The notes under the pieces were generated by a model, which saw nothing but the letters and a program-made list of their open reading frames with translations, was not told where the DNA came from and did no database searches. Both the position numbers and the translations under genes were made by a program. This document shows, piece after piece, positions 52,801 to 56,958 of a stretch of 64,000 nucleotides of DNA. The stretch comes from Strigamia acuminata (taxonomy: Eukaryota): positions 5,270,001-5,334,000 of the forward strand of contig OX442314.1 in assembly GCA_949358305.1 (NCBI GenBank). Direction: 5' to 3'. Every line of letters begins with the position of its first letter. The stretch's first letter is position 1.

Positions 52801-53879
52801 CATTCTTTGTATTCCTTTTCACTGGAGCATGAACTCATAGATGAATTAAGAAATATGAACTAAAATGTAACAAGTAATAACATAATTAGTTGCTAATTTC
52901 CATTTACAGTAACATTTAAAAATTTACTTTGTTAAAACTCAACTTTATTTTTAACGCTTCACCAATCATTTGTGTTGTTACATACTGGTTTCTTCCAAAA
53001 TCGTAGAATGACATGTAAAACTACGTGGGTGAAAATAGGAATGAATAAGAAAAATTTCATTGTCTGATATATTGCAAATAATTTAGTACGATTACTTGGT
53101 AAGGAGCTGTAGGACATACGTAGTCATAAGTTTTTTCGATAGTTGCTGTAAATAATTCTTGATGAAATGATTTACTATAAGCTACAGTTATACCAAAAAT
53201 AATAATTGTATTATCAATGAGACGGGTGGTTTTTGTTTAGTTACAGAATTGAAATGTTGAGCACATTCCATATGATGTGTCAGTTTCCGTGAGAACAAGT
53301 GTTTTGTTTGAAAATTCCTGAACATGTTAAATTATGATTTCTTATTTAAAAAATAATTTCTACTACATTTACCTTCATTTTAATGCTGACTATCTCTTTG
53401 CTCAAATTTGTTGCTCTCCATAGTTCATCCATATTGTAAGTTGGAATTGCCATCAGATTTTTTACCATGTTTGCACATTCATATTGGATTGAACCGAAAT
53501 CAATTGGTCCAGTAGTCTTGATGTTCTCATAAGTTTTATTCCAAAGCCTGGCCATTTCTTTCGTGTTGCCACTGCAGATCATCAAATTTGGTAACTCAAT
53601 ATCTTCCGATTTGGTCGTTACGTCAACAGCCGTAGGATAACTTAAGTAATGCATTACTCTACCGTATGTCTGATAAGTGAGCAAGCATGTGCAAAACAGG
53701 AGCAAAATTAGCCAAAGTCTATGACGTGTGCTCCAATGTTTTCTACTGTTTACGAAATCATCCAGACCAATTAAACCGCAGTTTGGTTTGTTGGCATCAT
53801 CTTTTATGACGCGTTGAATTTCTGAACGTAGTTTTCTTAATCTTCCCATATTTCTTCCCATCAAGTAATTGTTCTGCAT
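13509..53879 (-). CDS. Tandem two-domain DEG/ENaC (pickpocket-like) channel, 796 aa, 11 exons: 53879-53373, 53317-53245, 53181-53096, 53020-52928, 52859-52753, 52684-51913, 51852-51768, 48725-48643, 46606-46511, 15161-15052, 13887-13509
   Basis: Exons join with GT..AG and consistent phases (2391 nt, open). Domain 1: TM1 RLWLILLLFCTCLLTYQ, YLSYPT..LPNLMIC, TSYGMCSTF, CLCRRPC, TM2 LLSDLGGNLGLFLGLS. Domain 2: TM1 TILVIICTGFTLYCL, YPSVTVC, PFGHCTQIN, CKCQRPC, TM2 FLSDIGSILGLGLGMS. Start codon assumed to be the first ATG of ORF 53346..53879. Confidence 0.85.
13986..14737. mobile_element. hAT-type MITE with internal ~31-bp minisatellite
   Basis: Ends TAGGGTTTCTC / GAGAAACCTA; perfect 8-bp TSD GTTTGGAT (13978-13985, 14738-14745); subterminal ACCGGTA motifs. 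Confidence 0.85.
14821..15045. mobile_element. Small TA-flanked MITE (Tc1/mariner-type), ~34-bp TIR
   Basis: tatactcaaaaccactccaaggttgatgtatttc ... gaaatacatcaaccttggagtggttttgagtata; ends about 5 nt from the exon-10 splice donor. Confidence 0.75.
15052..15161 (-). CDS. Exon 10 of the DEG/ENaC gene (Cys-rich thumb)
   Basis: aaacag|TIQRNTKRNPCEDNKTTYLMCKNACIQNNLFRSMNCR|gtatac; parallels domain-1 exon 5. Confidence 0.85.
15938..16243 (-). repeat. BEL/Pao 3' LTR
   Basis: Near-identical to 46130-46435; preceded on the minus strand by a polypurine tract. Confidence 0.95.
16250..17386 (-). pseudogene. pol: BEL/Pao integrase segment
   Basis: HHCC (HERTMHGG..CVLC), GVDFAGP, YSDNAKTF, APWWGGFWERMV. 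An in-frame TGA at 16324-16326 precedes the typical RRPIQRLCPLE end. Separated from the rest of pol by the DD41D insertion. Confidence 0.9.
17387..20259 (-). mobile_element. Tc1/mariner DD41D (rosa/Visitor-type) DNA transposon with ~300-bp TIRs
   Basis: TA|CAGGGTGGAACAAAAGTCTG ... CAGACTTTTGTTCCACCCTG|TA. Removing it restores the BEL frame (NNYITKLIITEEH). Confidence 0.95.
17775..18848 (-). pseudogene. DD41D transposase (357 codons) with one nonsense codon
   Basis: WSDEAQF, YQHDGAPPH, WPPRSPDLTPLDFFL with 41 residues between the second and third Asp. The conserved Trp codon is TAG at 17961-17963; the frame continues GHVKDVVY... to TAA at 17775. Confidence 0.9.
20262..23769 (-). pseudogene. 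pol: BEL/Pao gag C-terminal part, protease, RT and RNase H
   Basis: CTFCQKEEH..C / CYRCLKEGH..C / CKKCEKNHH..C, FLDGGSQRTF, ADIEKAF, RVPFG, YVDD, FCDASPRAYG, NPADLLTRG; in-frame TGA at 20429-20431. Confidence 0.92.
23775..24076 (+). mobile_element. Solo LTR (302 bp), probably BEL-family, inserted antisense into the BEL gag
   Basis: TG..CA ends; perfect 5-bp TSD CCGTG (23770-23774, 24077-24081); excision restores SGLTVTDENY. First 12 nt TGTGGAAACTGG match the start of the host BEL LTR; AATAAA inside. Confidence 0.85.
24082..24562 (-). pseudogene. gag: BEL/Pao gag segment (continues the N-terminus at 46075-45994)
   Basis: MKLPKLEIVKFKGTPETWTQF*GDF..VHNN..KFVYLRS motif typical of BEL gag; joins MADLEKNRRQR..TLKN across the Copia insertion. 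Confidence 0.85.
24754..24771 (+). promoter_or_regulatory. Copia primer-binding site, initiator tRNA-Met
   Basis: TGGTAGCAGAGGgTGGTT, complementary to the 3' end of animal tRNAi-Met with one G:U pair, 2 nt after the LTR. Confidence 0.85.
24885..28985 (+). CDS. Copia gag-pol polyprotein (1366 aa)
   Basis: CYECGKSGHIAKNC knuckle, WILDSGASAHM protease, WHKRLCH/HADLIGP/RSDNGGEF integrase, KARLVAVG/YVDDIL RT, FADAS..TKHI..ADFLTK RNase H. IN-before-RT order defines Copia. Confidence 0.97.
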   Translation: MADSISGGSLNRIELLKPNNYFIWQFKVKTLLAAKSLTKMITEPAEVKPNQGDADYANKLVKYDEWAKKNNEALGIIILTMSDEEAANCMNMTEAKAVWDALKALYAGATEEQQIDAATELAELRMKNDENVDSYLNRAKSIQARSKAVGRDVKNRELMLFVTRGLLQKHEHIARNFRTNATATIEELRRALKLEEQHSIFRTRGPAMENTTMAFRAQVGKNSGGKKLKGGIKIVCYECGKSGHIAKNCWQRYPEKRPAQAAQRTKETAKIAQVEEATIQHALIVDLENEDHIDDWILDSGASAHMSSKRGLFSSFVEMETIVTTAKKGVKLISTGKGNVILNCQLDGGQTMKILLMDVLFIPELKGNLMSVPRLTAKNYGIFFKGNWADIKSPNGETIAKGIRDGNMYLLQLTKEEQVNAVTTTTKESKELWHKRLCHMSEQTMDKMTKKEMVHGLEYVDAQLEKCTACILGKMTRSPYKKIKEKQSNEILQLVHADLIGPIQVSSLAGSKYALIMTEDFTRKKFVYFLKEKSQTFEFFKTFKAMTEKQTGQKLKKFRSDNGGEFVNANFKHFFNEEGIIHELTVPFNPSSNGISERTNRTLVEATRTLLLESGLPLSFWAEALATSVYVKNRSLTKPNGDLVPEEMWTKRKQAINFLRNFGCEAFLHVPAEKRQKLDQKAKHGIFIGYSVDRKAYRVYVPDDKKVQEGRTVIFNEKIRGADIFSLNEKNEKRRFCQEIEDEIIVAEPNVDDNNQQPAVAVEDEPQPEQQAEQQLDQPARVGRPVGSTKAVLEQRHAEQLELREQQLQQEGVRRSQRIAAQHEAVNAAVEAADELLVDEFFTPETFDQAMNCADKERWKEAMNSEIDSLHVNNVWTLVKREKKMATIKSKWIFRIKLNADRSVNKYKARLVAVGYSQRAGIDFTETFSPVVRLESLRIILSMVAKHKLFTRQFDIKTAYLYGLIDETIFMEQPEGYVQEDFVCKLERSLYGLRQSGRCWNQRLDEELTKIGLTPLINDRCVYVYKKRNDYLILGVYVDDILAAFTRPKILDRIMRRLKRVFEVIDMGEVHFLLGMEISITEAGVFIGQQKYISEILVKYDLLDGIVASTPMATGQDLNDFENSKKVDQQLYQQILGSLMHVMVVTRPDLSFAISALSTYARDPRQVHFRAAKRVLRYLKKTRETRLFFPSEDGNLQGFADASWCSTQEAKSYTGIIVKIGLSTISWKTKKQRLVAMSSTESEILAICELLKSIKWARDFLYEVGEGSSVQRSVPIYTDSSPAIQVLCGANQFGRTKHINRHLMFIKDELKLGNIKLIHLPSTEMIADFLTKAVAKDKFTEGRKGVSLKDEGKMNEIEEEEKNEDK
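29080..30826 (+). repeat. Gypsy 5' LTR
   Basis: TATGACGG ... CCGTCACA; TATA-like TATATAAA near 29544; AATAAA near 30724. Confidence 0.95.
30829..30846 (+). promoter_or_regulatory. Gypsy primer-binding site, tRNA-Gln
   Basis: TGGAGGTCCCACCGAGAT, complementary to the 3' end of animal tRNA-Gln (..AUCUCGGUGGGACCUCCA). Confidence 0.85.
31656..33992 (+). CDS. gag: Gypsy Gag (778 aa)
   Basis: LPVFDG..YLSGLAQQWY..WETFVELFREEF capsid-like region; CFHCKQPGHFKREC knuckle. Confidence 0.93.
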   Translation: MDPNNLPNEEKVAEEKAVEEIVSLDSSYVKLCDQTEMIPDELTQFCTHYELDRTQFKTIIEASEFVTKRALRNIRINPTPEKRAELSKESSANHNSGKDPIPSPRDLSEENRSRSKTPQRKLGDQARIKTPSVRNQDIRELFRTSSKESLDQSSLGNRTPHSRNASYHNTPSISEVGGSNFSTFQPENAKKQPNPHIYTENGTRHFAKQTPRGRGNKSAIRRKLSPLPSPVLPQTRQEQLRLDEVEKERIRLEATNQKQINDEKIRQDKLEKEVVNQNEVRKSIDKNDKILIDQLRAQWRQEHDEKFQKQQDQYNKKWAEVNRIEDNQRKREKTLQESIRLNLAASTRASHGSEPRDQTNPSRASTDDIPSSHSSAESSTGTRLPSDGTNISFDYILKMQQNMAAQFQKQLDSRIDTFVQTQQTTGPQRSNNPGPSKVFFKGQDLPVFDGKQEDIDKFLSVAKTVAISKGLTLDEMVNQGIPTYLSGLAQQWYDENKTKFTNWETFVELFREEFDMIPTTRLRNLRKVIQGDDEPLYEFLVRFTKAQGSYSERGNVATLFDNLNWTSYNRLIDRNLYRSDSVDKIFQFVRTNRALFEPQRIRTENSKEIDKVVSNNQKYSKDTKNTRPSARSTQMMEIEPEEEIMEVNELTENNVSMDNLLCAMSENQTGKCFHCKQPGHFKRECPLLPKRKFSNNFPGNNNSNNNSANQQPNEFKRPRQNWVTAEAIDQKMEELKTDMNNSMQTTISKTVSDLFSKFLDPKNATTAPITETPPVPKN
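33983..34014 (+). promoter_or_regulatory. Putative -1 programmed ribosomal frameshift signal (A AAA AAC + GC-rich stem-loop)
   Basis: Slippery heptamer immediately before the gag TAG, a 7-nt spacer, then GGGGGTC..GAGCCCCC. pol lies in the -1 frame and has no ATG at its start. Confidence 0.8.
33992..38284 (+). CDS. pol: Gypsy Pol (PR-RT-RNaseH-IN, ~1430 aa), intact
   Basis: LMDSGATQC, RLCIDYR, MPFGLCNAP, YLDD, TDAS, HGHPLSGH..CIHC, IDLMG, SDNGSQF, NPTER. Confidence 0.96.
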   Translation: MAGVLEPPINNSEGILPPDLEQALSETLDNLTIQDKEIKRARPNRKTRKRNWNYKFKIASNTPFSAEETANPFLNFHDDLFSLDKGDESLARLIQDTSNLNIRDESTSSSGGVFENLQSMIDNLNPDSKSSRFARLKSYINENQLKRKDGIERINKLGNHIDDPRMKITIGGLTYNALMDSGATQCFIGLQLLSKTCASPDFIQDCPKHMRVCAVGVTHIPLGQITLCVQWADGAEFTPINFIILDNNVCGLIIGHNFMRRTKINLNPARAVFTCDSKSDWTAPYETDELNCNLARVQVLTDNATATHTPDNWEELLVKDCDCSDEEKSKLREVIASVKNVFRDKVGCTNIIKHKITFKKDVTWKKQPFRMYNPAKIAIMTKLVEELEADNLIERATGPYISHPVIVAKPNGTYRLCIDYRWLNAITEINAIQMPSIDLLLHNTNQAKYFTSLDLTKGYYQVEMDEEDRQKTAFYTPKGNYQFVRMPFGLCNAPCTFQFLMERVMGEALYKHALVYLDDVIIFSTTWEKHLEHIKDVLERLDKANLSVNKEKSKFGKTTLKFLGHLITPTGLAPDPDKIVSVRKYPTPKNSKDIQRFHGLSNFFRKFIPEHAKIARPLTSMMHDKAVFEWGEEQEKAFETIKNILCDETQVLLMPDMMKPFVILTDASHDGLGSVLCQDVEFFDEGKREMIMTPRPVAYASRVLRGAEVRYSTPELECLAVVWAVDKFRPYIEYTTFTLESDAEALKWLMGTPEPSGRFGRWAIKLQCGAFKIKYRRGTQNQVADAFSRAPLEIEDIPENDYCEPIEITQFWPEWDGNREIIRRNNREDCQFLTNVQLHFDYSKLLYNTLEKGEKMDEATEETLFSALTEVLKEVPPTREEIIKAQLADKECRIIIDHLKRAEIEQRKFKKTKEWMKAVQGYQLDFQEENGNEMLIYFKPTFEEELNDSGNGFKAVIPPSLVRRVLFACHGHPLSGHAGMSKTLERAKLIYYWPKMNKDTRNYVRSCIHCQQYKPCQHKKHRASYTPHNMSYPWEVICIDLMGPKPTGRSQYRFVLVIIDQCTKWVELFPLSKASSESIVNRLGEVIHRWGYPKKIVSDNGSQFISTIYEEFCKKHNIRMAHVSPYHAQANPTERANRDIKIMLALYSDIHSHWPRFLNEFAFASRTAKSEATGATPFLLNTGRNVPLPFDPRIIQHANAFDKNNPEEYVYNLLGILRRAHQEMHLRIQANYERHDKIHRNKFHICEYTVGDLVWKATHILSNKEKGITKGFAEKRDGPWEITEVLPGGAYKLRKLVDGSIEPSINTDDLSPYIPSYPIETWTLDQKSGRIENHPNPDWMNESSTVNNSSELNNQELGNNSANMELDPEEVTTPASKESDIVVNNPKHDYNLRKRKRSCELSQLQPRTKRISTTDQECTTDFIHLIQDRR
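36361..41932 (+). repeat. Tandem duplication, 2 x 2786 bp (36361-39146 and 39147-41932)
   Basis: Constant 2786-nt offset between duplicated ORFs; junction gaatcctc|gcctttggag; one substitution seen (36696 C vs 39482 A). Confidence 0.93.
39097..41070 (+). CDS. Chimeric ORF: ORF3 N-terminus fused in frame to a complete second integrase (657 aa)
   Basis: MGKKIEKKRKYVLVES followed by SPLEIEDIPEND... matching the pol C-terminus, including HHCC and DDE. Confidence 0.8.
   Translation: MGKKIEKKRKYVLVESSPLEIEDIPENDYCEPIEITQFWPEWDGNREIIRRNNREDCQFLTNVQLHFDYSKLLYNTLEKGEKMDEATEETLFSALTEVLKEVPPTREEIIKAQLADKECRIIIDHLKRDEIEQRKFKKTKEWMKAVQGYQLDFQEENGNEMLIYFKPTFEEELNDSGNGFKAVIPPSLVRRVLFACHGHPLSGHAGMSKTLERAKLIYYWPKMNKDTRNYVRSCIHCQQYKPCQHKKHRASYTPHNMSYPWEVICIDLMGPKPTGRSQYRFVLVIIDQCTKWVELFPLSKASSESIVNRLGEVIHRWGYPKKIVSDNGSQFISTIYEEFCKKHNIRMAHVSPYHAQANPTERANRDIKIMLALYSDIHSHWPRFLNEFAFASRTAKSEATGATPFLLNTGRNVPLPFDPRIIQHANAFDKNNPEEYVYNLLGILRRAHQEMHLRIQANYERHDKIHRNKFHICEYTVGDLVWKATHILSNKEKGITKGFAEKRDGPWEITEVLPGGAYKLRKLVDGSIEPSINTDDLSPYIPSYPIETWTLDQKSGRIENHPNPDWMNESSTVNNSSELNNQELGNNSANMELDPEEVTTPASKESDIVVNNPKHDYNLRKRKRSCELSQLQPRTKRISTTDQECTTDFIHLIQDRR
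41883..43559 (+). CDS. Gypsy ORF3, non-env accessory protein of unknown function (558 aa)
   Basis: Long open ORF between pol and the 3' LTR; basic N-terminus, R/S-rich region, CPFC-x17-CSNC, CPEC, acidic tail; no signal peptide or TM segment visible. Confidence 0.85.
   Translation: MGKKIEKKRKYVLVESSSSDEEVTAPPSAAAVFVEGCPKTPVIINARGWDILSWARQHPELLPAELGPPGTPTLQEEPAKKESTAKPFVIPKIKADDFARNNPPIAKNQPSTSKPRKVEIVYNRVKSPERRRKSPPMEAKRRRNPEDATPSSCNGQERPKREYVRFNDSPDRDREKRSYSSYRRSDRPRNRSNTSAWSERQKLANKVRQIQKRREQCKQDKENGKPHDDMVLSKDEVPCPFCSAVGWVSGSGTGGHLAQCSNCEGTKKRPKGQPWRPSFLPFVVMGIHPPPARLWATCPECKIVLSSDGRSPYISPEFLNAITTPLGREMQDLRIPPEALESSRKPQSTTVIDKGCQTVSKENEKEAENELLVEPFFPPPGAKIAHLFEYEVSYYFPTLFRIAEKITEQMRSDSTDPSNINYAVHVMKLIFNANRGESFAVLEHIWTLLIDRVNTDGKGLINPSWFYGLPCIAEIYDASKKAIEESYELVEKTPEYEPRSPEYAPKSPPAEDIGEEPNFVIDRRPAEFLPLEKSEVGESSETLKKESEGSESDEEEVK
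44067..45813 (+). repeat. Gypsy 3' LTR
   Basis: Copy of 29080-30826; followed by the TSD AGAT and the remainder of the Copia LTR. Confidence 0.95.
46110..46127 (-). promoter_or_regulatory. BEL primer-binding site, tRNA-Phe
   Basis: TGGTGCCGAAACCCGGGA, complementary to the 3' end of animal tRNA-Phe, 2 nt from the 5' LTR. Confidence 0.85.
46130..46435 (-). repeat. BEL/Pao 5' LTR
   Basis: Near-identical to 15938-16243; adjacent to the PBS. Confidence 0.95.
46511..46606 (-). CDS. Exon 9 of the DEG/ENaC gene
   Basis: attcag|LFLNNKEEEVNILEPLALIYGWINEVMLREIM|gtaaca; 96 nt, phase 0-0, parallels domain-1 exon 4 (93 nt). Confidence 0.75.
47738..47914. mobile_element. Small GC-rich hAT-type MITE
   Basis: CAGGGCCGTCTTTA / TAAAGGTGGGCCTG; 8-bp TSD cgtagagg/catagagg (7/8). 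Confidence 0.7.
48009..48163. mobile_element. Small hAT-type MITE
   Basis: gagtgctggactgg / cccgtccagccctg imperfect TIR; 8-bp TSD aatacaac/aatataac (7/8). Confidence 0.6.
48643..48725 (-). CDS. Exon 8 of the DEG/ENaC gene
   Basis: ttccag|(E)KTHNLIVDLAFAFEFLQPSDVCHHDMK|gtaatg; 83 nt, phase 1-0, parallels domain-1 exon 3 (86 nt). Confidence 0.7.
48807..48974. mobile_element. pogo/Tigger-like MITE
   Basis: TA|CAGTCAAAACTCTTTATA ... TATAAAGAGTTTTGACTG|TA. Confidence 0.85.
49660..50417. mobile_element. hAT-type MITE with GTACCG subterminal repeats
   Basis: TIR CAGTGTTGGGCACGGTAC / GTACCGTGCCCAACACTG; perfect 8-bp TSD CTATCCAG. Confidence 0.92.
50737..51261. mobile_element. MITE with ~60-bp TIRs (possibly PIF/Harbinger-type, AAT TSD)
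   Basis: aat|AGTGAGTTTGCGGTTGCCAATTGTTCCTTATAAT ... ATTATAAGGAACAATTGGCAACCGCAAACTCACT|aat; a TA-TSD reading is also possible. Confidence 0.75.
51768..53879 (-). CDS. Exons 1-7 of the DEG/ENaC gene (entire domain 1 and start of domain 2)
   Basis: ORFs 53346..53879 and 51871..52545 plus short exons separated by introns of 55-75 nt. Confidence 0.88.
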
Positions 53880-55742
53880 TATACAGTAATTCTGTAGTTT
53901 CCGTATTTGGGGCCAGACCAGAGCTGAGTTCAGACTTGGCTCTTCAATTCTGTTTACTGTAATGTCTTATGTCGCATGGTAACTCTTTCTATGACAATGA
54001 TCGATTCATTTATAGAAAATATAAAAAATATGGACTTGACTATCTTGACCGCCCTCTTAGGGAACAATTAAAATTGATTTTATTCTGAAAGAAAATATTT
54101 TTTTGTCATTTTTGGTCGCATGACTGCACCTTTGCACACGCGCACAAAACATTTCTATCCATCTGATTCAATAATTTCAATTTTGCTAATGAGATGTAGT
54201 CAAGTCAACCAATAAACATAACACAAATAAGAATTTTCTAGAAAAGTAATTCTTAATCACTTAAGAATTGGTCTCCCCTGTCTCCCTAAGATGGGCATTT
54301 TTTGACCCAGATTCTGAGCATGCACAACATCCGGGTCTTAGGGAATTTCAAAGGAATTTGGCCAACACATGTTGTTCACCACAACAAAGATGGCCGCTGC
54401 TGCATCAAGGACACATGCAAATGTCCCTTTGCCATCAATTTTATGGACATTTTGATACAGAAAATATACATTTTGATCTATTTAATATGTTTTGATCAAT
54501 TTTTTATATTTTGATTAATTTTTTTAATCTTTGGGTTCAAATTCAGGGTTTGCGCGATAGCTAATTGCGCATGCGCAGTCTTGCCAGCGCCCTCTAGTGG
54601 CGAAATTCGTAAATACGACTGAGGGACACGTGTTTCTAACTACACGTGTTTTTACCGGTTTTTAAGCATCTAGCATGGCAATTCCAAGTGCTTTTTATTT
54701 TCAATCGTTCAAAGGTAATTGGGGGAAGAGTTTATAAACTTTTCCTTCTATAAAAAAGGAATGCATAGCAAATTTTCTGCAAAACAATTCAGAAAAAAGG
54801 TATAAATATGCTTTTGGAGGAGGATATGTCAAAAAAATTTTGACAATTCACAATCCTCATCCAAATATTGAAGTGGCTGTGAAATGTGATGTTTTGCCAT
54901 CCCAGAGACCACACCCTCACAGTGTTTGTGTTACATTTTCAAAAGAAAATATTTTGGATGCAAATTGTTCCTGTCCAGCTGGGTTAGTATTATTTTAATT
55001 TTTTTTAAAAATAAATGTGTAACTAATGTGTTCTTGTGGAATGATGATTGAAATAAAGTTGGACAAGGTTAAAAGACAGCCATGTTGTACGGTAAAATTA
55101 ACATAAGTGATTTATTTAACAAAAATACAGTAGGTGGCGCTTTGACAGGAAGCGCGTCAATAATTATCATATTTCAAAGATGGGGTCGAAACACCCCAGT
55201 AACAATCTCAATTTTTGTAGATTATCTGCATCATGCCACCATGTTGGAGCATTGCTAGAGGTTTTGTTATTTTTTTTGGAAAAAAAATTTATGCTGATTC
55301 CAGATGACAAATCTTGCACTGAAGTTTTATGCAAGTGGCTGCCACAAATTGGAAGTGGCACGTGCAAGCGCATAAATGATCTGTCTATACAACGGCATGA
55401 ACAGGTATTGTTAAATAAAATTTACATTTTAATTGTTACTTTAATGTTTTAATAAATAAATTACTAGGGAAAATTTTAACGCTGCAAATCAAAAAGACCT
55501 GTTCCAGAGGAATATGATCCACGTGCAGAACAACACCGCAGTATAGACAGCTATCAACTGAAGTCTCTTTTTCAGAGTAGCGGTCTAACTTCTGCTTTTT
55601 TTGTAACACATAATGCAGGTTTGTTTAAATTTGTGTTAAAAAAATAATAATTAGTCTGATTAATTAATTATTTAATTAATTAAATTTTAACTAAATATTT
55701 ACTGTATTCAAATAGATGTAACTGTAAGTTCTGCAGCTGTAC

Positions 55743-56742
55743 TGTCACGGCCCGGCATTTACGCGCTTTGTAATCCTCACCTAATTGTTGTGTTGTGCGC
55801 GTTATTCCGTGTGTTTTCCACCATTGTTAAAACTCCCAATAAATCCCTAAACCTATTTGTGTTTGAATTTGAGTTTTGATTTGTCCTCATTTCCTATTCA
55901 TGTTTATTCCTTGACCTGGCCTGGTGTGGCTCAATTTGGCTACATCAGACTAGTCTAAGTCAGGTATTTCCCACTGTTACCCCTCCTGATTTCGTTTAGT
56001 TTATCCTACCTAATTTAAATGTTTAGTCACTCGCGACTGACTCATCGCGATGATTATTCACGAGCGCGCCTGATTGGCCCACGCGTGCTTGACTCATGGT
56101 TCTCCCCTTGTTTTCTGTGATAGACTTGGCCCAAGTTCACTTCTGAGCGTTTTCAGCCAAGTCCGATCAGAAGGCATCAGACCATGAGCTATCGTAAGTG
56201 CCTTAACTGGCCGTTGTGCATTTGGCAGTCTCTCCTGTGTTAACTCACAGTATAACTCCATGCCACGTAATTGTGCATGTTTGAGTATATTCATGGTCAT
56301 ATCGCGTGCTTAATCCCGCGTCTCACCTTTGAATTCCTTTCCCTTCGTTGATCTTTTGTGTTTACACGACGTTTTATGCCGCTGACGTGCCTCTGGACTA
56401 GAAGTTTGATTCGAGTAGCTAGCGAGTTATTATTTCGTCTTTTGTGCGCGATCCGCGCGCGCTTGCTCGGTCTGGCCACTCCGCCTCCAGGAGTCCCATC
56501 CAGATTAGCATTAGCCACGCTAGCGTTGTTTAGTCCGCGCGTGTGCATCATCTTCTATTTTTACGATTCCAACAAACCCGGTAAAATTTGTGAAATGATC
56601 GAATAGGGGAATAAGCTTGCCGCCACCCTCCAGGCTGCTTATTGTTGCCCGGGCCCTTATTCGGGACCAGGCTCTCCCAGTATCGTAACTGGCGCGCCTT
56701 TCAAACGCGGTTTCAATCATCCGAAACAACCGGTTCATGACA
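55743..56742 (+). repeat. 5' LTR of the RT-less Gypsy
   Basis: TGTCACGG ... CATGACA, followed by cg + TGGTGCCGAAACCCGGGA. Confidence 0.95.
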
Positions 56743-56958
56743 CGTGGTGCCGAAACCCGGGACCTTGTTGGAATTTTTTCAGTCTCGTTGCGCATATAAA
56801 CTGCTTGCTATCTAACAAAGCATCAGTGGCGTTTTTAGAGATTTTGCCAAAGGGAAGGTTTCGAAGTTTGTATAACTTATCATATTTTTTTGCGTGTTGT
56901 TTAAATACAACGCGTTTTATTTGCATTGAGTTGCTAGTGCCCTTATTATCTTGTTAAG

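Noticed and set aside
53237..53239. Apparent premature TAA suggesting the channel is a pseudogene
   Set aside because: It lies in a 63-nt GT..AG intron (53244-53182) at the same codon position and phase as the paralogous intron in domain 2.
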